A stretch of DNA of 63,855 bases, filler included. It is 4 parts of 4 records of this genome, joined end to end, with 100 filler letters (N's around TTAATTAATTAA, not from the genome) between each part and the next. Parts side by side here need not be neighbours in the genome. Positions count along the whole stretch, not along the records: positions 34,714 to 55,268 come from SRR31156797_983; 3 more parts are not named here. The stretch is one strand, 5' to 3'. A model generated the notes under the pieces. That model was not told the origin of the DNA, made no database searches, and saw only the letters and a list, made by a program, of their open reading frames with translations. Made by a program: the position numbers and the translations under genes. Within the stretch, counting starts at the first letter, position 1. Each line of letters begins with the position of its first letter. Positions 41,268-51,106 of this stretch are shown here, one piece after another.

Positions 41268-42455
41268 TTGTTTAAAAGCCAAACTACCGTTCTATTCGTG
41301 ATGAATGGAACAACCGCACTCGCATTTGCGTTCATTGTACCGATTATGAGCCTGTTTCTTGTCACTGAACTCAAGACTGAGCCAGCACTGATCGGGCTTT
41401 ATACTTCATTAACCGCGTTAATGACGATTTTTGTAAGCCAAAAGCTCACTGGATTGATTGATAAAGGTGTCTCCAGTAAATTCTTATTGCTATTCACATT
41501 ATGCGGAATAATGGCTTCTGCTACGGCATTTACTTTTGCGACCCAGTTCTGGCATGCCTTGGTGATTGGCTGTGTTTTGATGCCGATTGCTTCAAGTTCT
41601 ATCCCTCTGATACTCACCGTTATTCGACGCTACGCAGATTCAACAGGTAAAAACAGCGCTAAGTTAAACTCTCAAATGCGCTCGTCAGTTTCGTTCTTAT
41701 GGATATTTGGACCGCCGCTGGCGTTTTTGTCGGTCGACCAATTCGGTTTTGCCAATAACTTTTACTTATCGGCGGCGATCGCTGGCTGTGTATTTCTATG
41801 GATTGTGTTGTTGCTTGAAGCACCTAAAACCATAAAGCACAACAGCAATGATAACCGCTCAACTAAGCTACCAGCCTCCGTTTGGTTTTTGGGGTTAGTG
41901 ATACTACTCGCCAACATATCGAACAGCACCTACATCAACGCAATGCCTATATATCTCACCCAGGAGCTCGAAATTGCCAAATCTTACCCTGGCTATTTAA
42001 TGGGGATTACTGCTGCGGTTGAAATTCCGGTAATGTTGCTTGCGGTTAACTGGGCACATCGTTTTGGCAAGATGCGAGTGATGAAATGGGGATTTATCAT
42101 TGGTGCAATGTTTTATCTTGGAATGTATTTCGCCACGTCCATCCACTCATTATTCGCATTACAAATTTTGAACGGTTTGTTCTTCGGCATTTTTGTTGGA
42201 CTCGGCATCACCATCATGCAAGATCTCGCTCCGAACGCGGTGGGTAAGGCGTCAGCGTTTTATACTAACTCAATGCTTGTCGGAACAATGCTAGGAACAA
42301 CGACAATGGGGATTGTATCTCAATACTTTAGCTTTAAAGCCACCTTTTTACTGAGTTTAGTGGCCATATCGCTATCACTGATTGGTCTCATGCTGTTTGA
42401 CTCATACAGTGAAAAACAGCAACAAATATCGCAAACGCCTAACTCAACAAGCTGA
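41268..42455 (+). CDS. MFS sugar efflux transporter (SetA/SotA-like)
   Basis: About 12 TM helices; MRSSVS..WI.GPPLAF, TA..EIPVML, QILNG.F.GI..GLGIT..QD; TTG start after AAGGAG. Confidence 0.85.
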   Translation: MFKSQTTVLFVMNGTTALAFAFIVPIMSLFLVTELKTEPALIGLYTSLTALMTIFVSQKLTGLIDKGVSSKFLLLFTLCGIMASATAFTFATQFWHALVIGCVLMPIASSSIPLILTVIRRYADSTGKNSAKLNSQMRSSVSFLWIFGPPLAFLSVDQFGFANNFYLSAAIAGCVFLWIVLLLEAPKTIKHNSNDNRSTKLPASVWFLGLVILLANISNSTYINAMPIYLTQELEIAKSYPGYLMGITAAVEIPVMLLAVNWAHRFGKMRVMKWGFIIGAMFYLGMYFATSIHSLFALQILNGLFFGIFVGLGITIMQDLAPNAVGKASAFYTNSMLVGTMLGTTTMGIVSQYFSFKATFLLSLVAISLSLIGLMLFDSYSEKQQQISQTPNSTS

Positions 42456-42600
42456 GTCGTCATCGATTTTTATTCGAAGAGACAACCAAATATTTGCAGT
42501 AAAATGGTGGGACTGGAATGATGAACACATCAAAATTCAATAGCAATGCTGTGTTCATCGGATATTGAAGGGCTTGTTCAGCTGTGGAAAACCTTGTGGC

Positions 42601-43044
42601 TTAACGATTAATGTCTTTGAACTGTTTATAAAAATACCAATAGAATAGCAAGTTCCAGACAATCATGACGTAAGCTTCAGCGGTTGTCGCGAAATCGTTA
42701 TTTTGCTCAGAGAAAAACAATGCAACCACGATTCCTACTGGAATGGTAACCACCATGAACCTTATCACCACCACAAAACCAAGACTGAAATAGCGACCTA
42801 AGAAATCTCGTCCACTGCTTTTACCATTCACATGATAGAGCAAATACGTCCCAGTGATGTAGATGGTAAAGTTCAATATCGACACTATGCTATCCCTGTC
42901 ATTACCATCCTCAATTACGGGGAGAAATTCTATGACGGCGCTGGTTAAAATAAAATAGATGAAGAAATAGATAAAACGGTCTGTCTCAGTGAGCTGATTC
43001 GTTTTTAGCTCCTCTTTCAGACTGCTAATATTCCAAATGTACAA
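42601..43044 (-). CDS. Hypothetical inner membrane protein
   Basis: 147 aa, about 4 hydrophobic segments. Confidence 0.65.
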   Translation of the reverse strand: MYIWNISSLKEELKTNQLTETDRFIYFFIYFILTSAVIEFLPVIEDGNDRDSIVSILNFTIYITGTYLLYHVNGKSSGRDFLGRYFSLGFVVVIRFMVVTIPVGIVVALFFSEQNNDFATTAEAYVMIVWNLLFYWYFYKQFKDINR

Positions 43045-43095
43045 TATGATTACTCCATGACATTAATAACAGAACGACTCAATTTGCACTCGTCG

Positions 43096-43326
43096 CTATT
43101 CAAATTCATCTCCCATATTTTCGAGCTCTTTCTTGCCGCAAATCGTGCATTGAACATAGCGATTCATATTGTAGTAATGCCCGCCGTTAATAAACTCATG
43201 CACAAATAACATGAGCCTTCCCGGTATTGTCTTCTTGGTATCGTAGCTTGAAGGCTTGCGGACTAAGGTTTCTTTATGCTCTGTCGAGCATTTACAACGG
43301 TTACAATATCTCAGCATGAGAATCAT
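43096..43326 (-). CDS. Small zinc-ribbon-like hypothetical protein
   Basis: C..C ... C..C pairs, 76 aa. Confidence 0.5.
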   Translation of the reverse strand: MILMLRYCNRCKCSTEHKETLVRKPSSYDTKKTIPGRLMLFVHEFINGGHYYNMNRYVQCTICGKKELENMGDEFE

Positions 43327-43804
43327 CCATATGATGGGGTCCGCTACCCAATATATTCCTCTAGGTAACAGTAGAAATAATGAGTGTAATAATATGCGAC
43401 TGACATTCGAATAATTAGCGATACAAGAGTTTTTTCAATTTGAAATGTTTAGGGTTGTTCGCGTAATAAATATATTTTTATTCGATAACGTTAATATTCT
43501 TAGAAAATTCAGAATATAGGTTTATAAACACAGAAAATTCTGCGAATACTCCTTGAAAACTAGTCTTTGAACGATTACCGACAGTCCCTTATTACATTGA
43601 ATACTCTTTACATAAACTGTTCATGATAGGCTCCAATATTGGAGCTAACAATGAGGAAGAAGCTGAACGAGCAGCTATCCGTCAAAAATGATAACAAATA
43701 CACTTAAATTACGTATTTAGATCAATTCAACTTAACTTTCCGTTTGCTTAACAGTCAGTTTGATATTAATTTTGTCTCACATCAGTGACTAGGCAAACAC
43801 AAAA

Positions 43805-45685
43805 ATGAATAAATTTAAATTACAAATAATATCAGCAATTAGCGCTGTAATAATTCTAACGGTATTCGTCTTAGTATCGTTAAGTTATCACTCTTTTAGC
43901 GATGAAAGCATCACATTAACCAAACGCATTCTACGCGAGAAAAACCAAACCGTTAAAACCGCCCTAGAAGGGAAGTTTATCTATATAGAAAAAGCTTTAT
44001 CCGCTGTAAATGTAAGCGGTTCCGAAGTGGATTCTGATACTTTATCAGCGCGTTTTATCTCGCAGTTACAAGCGACCAGACAGATGCTAGAAAAATCTTC
44101 TGAGAACGTTTATGTCTACTTGAGTAATGGTGATGTCTATGACGTCTCGGGTAATAAACTCAAGCAAAACCTTAAAACCAGTAATAGTGACACTTTCAGA
44201 CAACTTTTCAGTCATAAAGATGCCTTTTACGTTTCAAAATCAGAGCGTTCATTGGTATCAGACAAAAACGTCATCACCATAGCAAATAGAATTAACTCAG
44301 ACATCGCTATCGTTGCGACCGTTGACCCGAAAGCATTTTTCTCAGATATCGCCAACAGAACCGATATCATGGTTTATAACAGTCAAGGGACAATATTAAT
44401 TGGCCAATATCAGAATCTTATCGGTAAAAACATTTTTGACTTTAGACCGCTATACAAACAGTTTAGCAAGTCCTCTCCAGAATTATCGTACGATACGGTT
44501 GTAGATGGGAGCCCGGAAACCTTCACTGCATTTTGGGATAAGTTGTCATTGAGCGGCTGGCAGTTTATTAGTTACATTAATAACGATGAGATAGAGAGTG
44601 GCGCAAATAGACAGTTGACCCAAGCACTTTTAATTGGGTTGGTCAGTCTAGTAATTAGCGTTGTTACGATATTGATTGTGCTACAGAAGCTGGTATTAAA
44701 ACCTGTTGGCGGCGCTCCGGATGAAATCGCAGAACTCATGGCTAAGATGGCCAATGGTGATATGCGTAACCAAATCACCGCTACAGGAAAAGAAACCGGT
44801 ATTAACCTATCGTTGTTGAATTTAACTTCAGAACTAAGAGCTTTAATTAATAGCTCTTCCAATATTTCACAAAATGTATCTTCTGCAGCTCACGAACTGA
44901 ATGCGGTTATGAACGACACATTGCGCAATGTTAGACATGAGCAATCTCAAGTAGAGCAAATAGCGACAGCGGTCAATGAACTATCCGCAGCTTCTCTAGA
45001 AGTGAGTAACAAAGCAAAAATGGCTGACAATGAAACCAAAAAAAGTCACGAAAGTATCGACAATGGTAAAGTTCTGTTAGCTGACAATATTGCTTTAAAT
45101 GACAACCTACGCGAGTCATTTACCGATATGGCTAGCTTGATATCACAACTGCGTCAGTTCGCTGCGGAAATAGGCTCCGTCACCGAAGTCATCAATAATA
45201 TTTCGGAACAAACCAACTTACTCGCCCTCAATGCAGCCATTGAGGCAGCTCGTGCAGGAGAAGCAGGTAGAGGTTTTGCCGTTGTTGCAGACGAGGTTAG
45301 AAATCTGGCGTCGAAAACCCAACAATCTACCGTCAATATTCAGGGCATCATCACCCAGTTACAACAACAAACTGAACAAGTTAATGATGGAATGACTCAA
45401 AACGTCGATCTGATTGAACAAGCGGTAGGACAAGCCGAGCTTATCCGATATGCTTTTGAAGAAATTTCCACATCGATAGTGTCGCTCTCTGACATCAATG
45501 AGTCTGTTGCTGCGGCTTCACAGCAACAATACAGTGCTACAGAAGAGATATCTCGTAACACAACTCAGGCATTTGATTTGGTACAACAAAATTCATCCGC
45601 TGTAAATCAAACGCTACAAGCTTCATCCGATTTAGCTCAATTAGCGGTTAAACAGCAAGAAACCATCGCTTTCTTCAAACTCTAG
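43805..45685 (+). CDS. Methyl-accepting chemotaxis protein
   Basis: Two TM helices, periplasmic domain, [31 protein letters not shown]. Confidence 0.95.
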   Translation: MNKFKLQIISAISAVIILTVFVLVSLSYHSFSDESITLTKRILREKNQTVKTALEGKFIYIEKALSAVNVSGSEVDSDTLSARFISQLQATRQMLEKSSENVYVYLSNGDVYDVSGNKLKQNLKTSNSDTFRQLFSHKDAFYVSKSERSLVSDKNVITIANRINSDIAIVATVDPKAFFSDIANRTDIMVYNSQGTILIGQYQNLIGKNIFDFRPLYKQFSKSSPELSYDTVVDGSPETFTAFWDKLSLSGWQFISYINNDEIESGANRQLTQALLIGLVSLVISVVTILIVLQKLVLKPVGGAPDEIAELMAKMANGDMRNQITATGKETGINLSLLNLTSELRALINSSSNISQNVSSAAHELNAVMNDTLRNVRHEQSQVEQIATAVNELSAASLEVSNKAKMADNETKKSHESIDNGKVLLADNIALNDNLRESFTDMASLISQLRQFAAEIGSVTEVINNISEQTNLLALNAAIEAARAGEAGRGFAVVADEVRNLASKTQQSTVNIQGIITQLQQQTEQVNDGMTQNVDLIEQAVGQAELIRYAFEEISTSIVSLSDINESVAAASQQQYSATEEISRNTTQAFDLVQQNSSAVNQTLQASSDLAQLAVKQQETIAFFKL

Positions 45686-45703
45686 AATACCTCTCACTCA
45701 AAC

Positions 45704-45731
45704 AATCAAGCCCTCTATATAGGGCTTGATT
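45704..45731. terminator. Terminator-like hairpin between convergent genes
   Basis: AATCAAGCCCT-loop-AGGGCTTGATT. Confidence 0.7.
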
Positions 45732-45762
45732 CAACATAAAATAGACTTCGATTTCGTCCTAA

Positions 45763-46239
45763 TTAAGGATGAAGTCGATGTAACACCACCGATTGATCCA
45801 GTTCACTTTGCCACAGTGTATAATCCAGTCCTTTGTCGAAAATGAATTCAGTCACCAGTGTTCGAACACATTCAATTAACTCTGCCGTTGCCCAAGGTTT
45901 TTCAAAATAACGGTTTATGCCAGCACTGTTAATTGCGTTAATGGTATCAGTATGAGTCGCCTGCCCTGTTAGCAGAACTTTCTTAGTGTAGAGAAAACGC
46001 GTATCGGCAGAAATCTCCGTTAATAGCTCTACACCTGTTTTCTCTGGCATCACATGGTCAGAAATAACCAATGCGACATACTCGCCGTTGGCATCGAGCT
46101 CATCCATCAGATCCAAAACTTCAGCCGCAGATTCACAGTCTTCAATGTTTAACCATTGGTTCAGTGGCTCTAGATCTTGTAACACAGCACTAAGCACTTC
46201 CCGTTGGTCGTCAACGCAGATGATATTAAGTTTCTCCAT
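45763..46239 (-). CDS. Single-domain response regulator
   Basis: CVDD, ISDHVMP..TG.ELL, LLTG, KPW. Confidence 0.9.
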   Translation of the reverse strand: MEKLNIICVDDQREVLSAVLQDLEPLNQWLNIEDCESAAEVLDLMDELDANGEYVALVISDHVMPEKTGVELLTEISADTRFLYTKKVLLTGQATHTDTINAINSAGINRYFEKPWATAELIECVRTLVTEFIFDKGLDYTLWQSELDQSVVLHRLHP

Positions 46240-47560
46240 GTTCACCCTCTACTGGTAACTTGATTCTAAAAATAGTTGCTTGTTTGTCACTCTTTACGGC
46301 AATACTTCCACCATAGCCAGACACGATTCGTTTGACGATGGATAACCCTAAGCCCAAACCAAACGATAGACCGTCTTTTTTTGTGGTAAAACTGGGCTGA
46401 AAAATTTTACGCCGGGTCGCTTCACTGATTTCTGGACCGTTGTTCGTCACGGTCACTAATAGTCGCTGTTTACTGAACTTGGTTTGAATATCAATACTTG
46501 GGTCGGACGTCACCATCATAGCGTCACAGGCATTTTTAATGATATTGACCCACACTTGAACCCACTCAGTTTGTGAACCTTTTAACAGCGGTAATTTGCC
46601 CGGTCTCGTTCGAACCGATACTCGTCTTAAATCACTTTGCAGCAAAGTCAGCGCTCGGTTAATGGTTTCGTTGATATCAAGCTCTTCTTCAAGATTGACT
46701 TCACTTCGGGCTAACTGCTTCACCGACTTAACAATGCCAACGGTATGGCTAGAAGCGAGTCGCAGATCGTGTAAGTCTCGCCCCATCTGCCAGTATCGAA
46801 TCGCTAAATGCGGGTTGTTAAGCCAGTGGCGCGACAAATGCTCTTCCGGGACTGCGCGAGCTAAATCGCGAGCAATGCCTTTGGGTAACTGGTACTTTTT
46901 CTCCAGAATTAAGCCACGCTTTCTCGCCTCACTTGAAGAGACTTTTTGGCCATGCATCAAACCAAAATCAAAGAATTGGCTTGCTTCTGGATGAACTTCT
47001 TCCAGTAAATCCATAAACAGGTTTTCTAACCGCTCTGTCTTACTGCTCACCACGCCAATCGCGTTGTTTAACTCATGAGAGATACCCGCCGCGAGTTGCG
47101 CCAGTGTTGTCATCTGTTCTGCTGAGTGGAGTTTTTCTAACGCTTTTTCTTTGTCGACGGCTTCTTGGTGCGCTCGTCTTTGTCGGCGATTGAGTTCAGC
47201 GACGATTAACGGCATAAATTGGGTCGTCAGAGGGCCAAACTTATCTTGTTCCACAACCTCAATATTTCGATCAATCCAGCTCAGCGTGACCTCTGTTTGG
47301 GCGATAACGGTAGATGAAGCAATCCAGGCTCCAGAAAAGAAACTGTGAACACCGATAAAAGCGCCTTTGGATGCGGAGAACACTTTAACGTGGCGGCCTT
47401 CCGTCTCTTCAAAATCGCCAGCAAGTTCACCGGAGTGGACATAGTAGAGCCTGTCGTTATAGCCATCCTGCTGCAAAATTTTGCTGCCTGTAGGTAAGGT
47501 CACGGTTCGCTTGGCGTTGCGAAAATAACGCTCAACGAGGGTGCGTTCTTGTTCATTCAT
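46226..47560 (-). CDS. Cytoplasmic histidine kinase with N-terminal cNMP-binding-like domain
   Basis: LYYV.SG...G.F.G cNMP-like segment; HELNN, N..KNA.DA, NNGP.I, F.P.FTTK, GLGLGL. Confidence 0.85.
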   Translation of the reverse strand: MNEQERTLVERYFRNAKRTVTLPTGSKILQQDGYNDRLYYVHSGELAGDFEETEGRHVKVFSASKGAFIGVHSFFSGAWIASSTVIAQTEVTLSWIDRNIEVVEQDKFGPLTTQFMPLIVAELNRRQRRAHQEAVDKEKALEKLHSAEQMTTLAQLAAGISHELNNAIGVVSSKTERLENLFMDLLEEVHPEASQFFDFGLMHGQKVSSSEARKRGLILEKKYQLPKGIARDLARAVPEEHLSRHWLNNPHLAIRYWQMGRDLHDLRLASSHTVGIVKSVKQLARSEVNLEEELDINETINRALTLLQSDLRRVSVRTRPGKLPLLKGSQTEWVQVWVNIIKNACDAMMVTSDPSIDIQTKFSKQRLLVTVTNNGPEISEATRRKIFQPSFTTKKDGLSFGLGLGLSIVKRIVSGYGGSIAVKSDKQATIFRIKLPVEGEHGET

Positions 47561-47565
47561 CGTAA

Positions 47566-48987
47566 TTAGCCAATAAACCCAACAAAATTAAGTATCGCCA
47601 CCATTAAGAAGCTGAGCAGAACACCAACAACACCCAAGATCACTCCGACTCTGGCCATCTGGTTACTTTCAACATAACCCGTCGCATGTGCCAGTGCGTT
47701 AGGCGGGGTACTGATTGGCAACGACATACCTAATGAAGCAGCAAAAGTAACAACCAAAATAAGCGTCACTTCACCACCTAATGGCGTGAGCGAAACCATA
47801 GAAGCACCAAGTGCAGCCATAATTGGCATTAATAAGTTGGCTGTGGCGGTGTGTGACATAAAGTTAGCCATTAACAAGCAAAGTAGAGCTGCGCCAACTA
47901 AAACCACATACGGAGAGTAATCACCAAATGGAATGCTGTGCACCACAAGTTTAGCCAACCCTGTTTTATCAAGCGCCAGTCCAAGGGCAATACCACCTGA
48001 AACCAACCAAAGCACATCCCAAGAGATCTTTTTGAGATCTTCTTTATTGATAATGCCAGTGACGGAAAACACCGCCACAGGAATCAAGGCGACAGTATAG
48101 GAGTTCATGCCATGTGCTGAACCCATTAACCACAAAAGAATGGTCGTCGCAAAAGTAATGTAAACGACGATCGCTTTCGGTGTTTTTAAGAACTTACCTT
48201 TGATTGTCAATTCGATACGTTGCTGATCGGCTTTGTAGAGTGAGCCAATGAGTATCCAAGCCAAAGCCATCATAACGATAACAAAAGGCACCCCAAACGC
48301 CATCCACTCACCGAACGTAATCAAGTTATCCCCGACCAAATACTTAAGAGCAATCGCATTCGGCGGCGTACCGATAGGGGTACCGATACCACCAATGTTT
48401 GCAGCGACTGGAATACAGAGAGCAAAAGCGATTCTACCTGGGTCTTTCGGTCCGAATACCGCAATCACCGGCGCTAAGATGGATAGCATCATTGCTGTGG
48501 TGGCCGTGTTGGACATAAACATCGAGAATACGCCAGTGATCAACATTAGCCCAAGCATGACGTATTTCGGGTTTTGTCCGAACGGTTTGAGCAGTACGCG
48601 CGCTAAGTTCACATCAAGTCGATATTTGGTTGCCGCCATCGCCAAAAAGAAACCGCCTAAAAATAGCATGATGATTGGGCTAGCAAACGTCGCCATTATG
48701 TCACTGTATTTAAGCAGATGACCAAACTCCGGCTGCCCTTCACTTAAACGAAATAGTATTAAGCCTTTATCAGACAACATTAACAGCTCTAATACGATGA
48801 TTACTACCGACGTGGCATAAATAGGAATAGGCTCGAACACCCACAGGAGAGCTGCCAGAAGGAATATTGCAATCACACGTTGTTGGATCAGTGTCAAACC
48901 GTCAAAGGGAAAAGCCGTGACAGGCAACAGCAAAATGAGTAACGGAATAACAATGGGGATAATAAACTTCAAATAAGGCCGTATCAT
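47566..48987 (-). CDS. SLC13/DASS family anion:sodium symporter
   Basis: SMFMSNTAT, GGIGTPIGTPPNA, LPISTPPNA. Confidence 0.92.
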   Translation of the reverse strand: MIRPYLKFIIPIVIPLLILLLPVTAFPFDGLTLIQQRVIAIFLLAALLWVFEPIPIYATSVVIIVLELLMLSDKGLILFRLSEGQPEFGHLLKYSDIMATFASPIIMLFLGGFFLAMAATKYRLDVNLARVLLKPFGQNPKYVMLGLMLITGVFSMFMSNTATTAMMLSILAPVIAVFGPKDPGRIAFALCIPVAANIGGIGTPIGTPPNAIALKYLVGDNLITFGEWMAFGVPFVIVMMALAWILIGSLYKADQQRIELTIKGKFLKTPKAIVVYITFATTILLWLMGSAHGMNSYTVALIPVAVFSVTGIINKEDLKKISWDVLWLVSGGIALGLALDKTGLAKLVVHSIPFGDYSPYVVLVGAALLCLLMANFMSHTATANLLMPIMAALGASMVSLTPLGGEVTLILVVTFAASLGMSLPISTPPNALAHATGYVESNQMARVGVILGVVGVLLSFLMVAILNFVGFIG

Positions 48988-49204
48988 TGATCAGCTTCCT
49001 AGCAGTCGGTGTACGATAAACATCGAAGCGTAGAGCATTTATTCTACCCTTCTCACTCATAGATACATTATGGAAGAGCACCAATGAAATGTTCGGCGCA
49101 AGATCAAACGTAACTCATTCACATAGCAGAAGATGTTAAAAATGAGGGGTAGCTAACAGATATACCTGCAAGCTCAATAAGCCAGTTTTAAAGCTAGCAA
49201 TTGG

Positions 49205-49309
49205 CTAACAGTTTGATGCTGCATAAGCGGCAAGAGTTGGGCCACACAGCAATAAGCCTGTGACGAGATAGGTCAGTACTTGAGGGGATAATCCGTGTGA
49301 TCTTTTCAT
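49205..49309 (-). CDS. Small hydrophobic protein (34 aa) not in the ORF track
   Basis: GGAGAG RBS then MKRSHGLSPQVLTYLVTGLLLCGPTLAAYAASNC*. Confidence 0.5.
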   Translation of the reverse strand: MKRSHGLSPQVLTYLVTGLLLCGPTLAAYAASNC

Positions 49310-49422
49310 TGTCACTCTCCGACTTAACTACAGGAATCAAAGCGGTTACCTAATACCAATGAAAACGTAAATCTTATGATAGGTCAAACATTTGATAAAA
49401 AATTTACTTTTCTTTACCAATG

Positions 49423-49445
49423 AAAAATCCGGCCAAAGCCGGATT
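49423..49445 (-). terminator. Terminator after the tyrR-rimJ-HD-DUF2947 run
   Basis: AATCCGGC-CAAA-GCCGGATT with A-tract. Confidence 0.7.
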
Positions 49446-49449
49446 CAAA

Positions 49450-49923
49450 TTAATCATGTTTGCCAAGTTTCACTTTGCCATTGGTACTGAACCACAAAGC
49501 TTCTTTTCGGCGACGACCGAGTAAAATAGGCCCATCATCATAGAACAAGAAGTTTTTCCAATGACGCTTGAATATCGACCACTTTGTTTCTATTACATTA
49601 TACTTTTCGTAACAGAAATAGACGGTAACATCATCCTGCCAGTCAATATGCTCTAAAATAGCTTGTGGTAATGACTCATCATCACTCTCCCACTCGCCCA
49701 TCCAGTCTACTTCATTAGCCCAACTTCCCGCTTTACTCGGCCAATCCTGCGAACTGAACCGCTCTGCGTCCGGACTTTGAGCACTGAGGTTGTCTTTCCA
49801 ATACTGCGCAGAACGCAACGGGGTCATTGGTTTAATCTGCTCAAGATCCTGTTCGGGCACAGGCATCGATTGATGGGTAAAAATCCATTTTCTTTGGTAA
49901 TCATCCAAAGGCAAATACGACAT
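49450..49923 (-). CDS. DUF2947 family protein
   Basis: Y..KWIF...I.P, ET.W..F.R.WKNFLF.DDGP.L. Confidence 0.75.
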   Translation of the reverse strand: MSYLPLDDYQRKWIFTHQSMPVPEQDLEQIKPMTPLRSAQYWKDNLSAQSPDAERFSSQDWPSKAGSWANEVDWMGEWESDDESLPQAILEHIDWQDDVTVYFCYEKYNVIETKWSIFKRHWKNFLFYDDGPILLGRRRKEALWFSTNGKVKLGKHD

Positions 49924-49932
49924 GAAATGTCC

Positions 49933-50523
49933 TTAAGCTTTTAGCCAACCGTTCTCGGTGGCTTGTTCGATCATTTGCTGGGCATATTGCCACAGCGCAT
50001 GTGAACCGTCATCTATACGACGGTTTACGGTTAATGCTTGTTGGCGGGTTACGCCATTTTCTCGCCAGCCAATCCCCTGATTATTGAAGTTCAACAACAT
50101 CGGGATAATTCGGTCTAGCGCTTTTGCAAATTTTGCATCTGAACTCGTTGCTTGTTCAAACTCACACCAGAGAGAAAAGAGTTCCTCACCCTGCTCTTTT
50201 GGCAGCATACCAAACAGACGTTTCGCCGCTTGTAGCTCTTTTTCACTCTGCAACTCAGAAGCCGCAGCATCATATACGAAGGTATCGCCGGCATCAATTT
50301 CAACCATGTCGTGCATTAGAAGCATTTTAAGTACACGGCTGATATCGACGGGCTCATTGGCATACTCTTCCATCAGAAGAGCCATCATAGATACGTGCCA
50401 ACTGTGCTCGGCACTGTTTTCCATACGGTCATCTGCACACTGAATTCGAGTGCGGCGCAGCACCGATTTTAAACGGTCTAACTCTAAAACCAATTGTAAC
50501 TGCTGCTGCATTCGTGTGTTCAT
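49933..50523 (-). CDS. HD-domain phosphohydrolase
   Basis: LK...R, ENSAEHSW, HD.VEIDAGD, FAKALDR. Confidence 0.88.
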   Translation of the reverse strand: MNTRMQQQLQLVLELDRLKSVLRRTRIQCADDRMENSAEHSWHVSMMALLMEEYANEPVDISRVLKMLLMHDMVEIDAGDTFVYDAAASELQSEKELQAAKRLFGMLPKEQGEELFSLWCEFEQATSSDAKFAKALDRIIPMLLNFNNQGIGWRENGVTRQQALTVNRRIDDGSHALWQYAQQMIEQATENGWLKA

Positions 50524-50524
50524 T

Positions 50525-51106
50525 CTATTCCTCTTTCCAATCAGTATTGACCAGAGCCATCAAGTTGTGATCTTCCCACTGACCATCAATGAGAATGTAA
50601 TCTTTAGCATGCCCTTCATGAACAAAACCGACACGCTCTAGCACCGCTTCACTGCGTTTATTGCGTGGGATGTAAGCCGCCATAATGCGGTGAATATTCT
50701 GTACAGAGAACATGTAATCACACGCCATTGTCAAAGCGCGAGTCATAATACCTTTGCCCTGCACATTTTCCGCTAATGAGTAACCAACGTTGCATGAGTG
50801 AATAGGAAAACGACACAAGTTACTGAACGATATGGTGCCAATAACCTTATCTGTGTTGACATCAACAATCAGCAGATAGTAGCCCAATGATAGTTTGTGC
50901 ACTTCTGTGAGCTTGAGCAGGCGCTGTTGCCATCCTTCCACAGTATAGAAAGCAGCTTCACGTTTAGGATCCCATGGCTTTAGATGCGCTCGATTGGTGA
51001 TAAAATAATCTGCAATACGCTCAGCATCACTCAACTGAGCGGTAACGAGCAGAATTTCACCATCAGTTTCAAATACTCTTGAAGGGGTGCTTTTCGATTT
51101 AATCAA
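50525..51106 (-). CDS. rimJ: Ribosomal protein S5-alanine N-acetyltransferase
   Basis: NR.HL.PW.P, GY......QGKG.M, AY.P.N.RS, I.G.WEDH. Confidence 0.88.
   Translation of the reverse strand: MIKSKSTPSRVFETDGEILLVTAQLSDAERIADYFITNRAHLKPWDPKREAAFYTVEGWQQRLLKLTEVHKLSLGYYLLIVDVNTDKVIGTISFSNLCRFPIHSCNVGYSLAENVQGKGIMTRALTMACDYMFSVQNIHRIMAAYIPRNKRSEAVLERVGFVHEGHAKDYILIDGQWEDHNLMALVNTDWKEE

Noticed and set aside
43330-43800. Possible riboswitch (e.g. c-di-GMP) upstream of the MCP
   Set aside because: Only an isolated GGCAAAC is present; the rest of the consensus structure is not visible.
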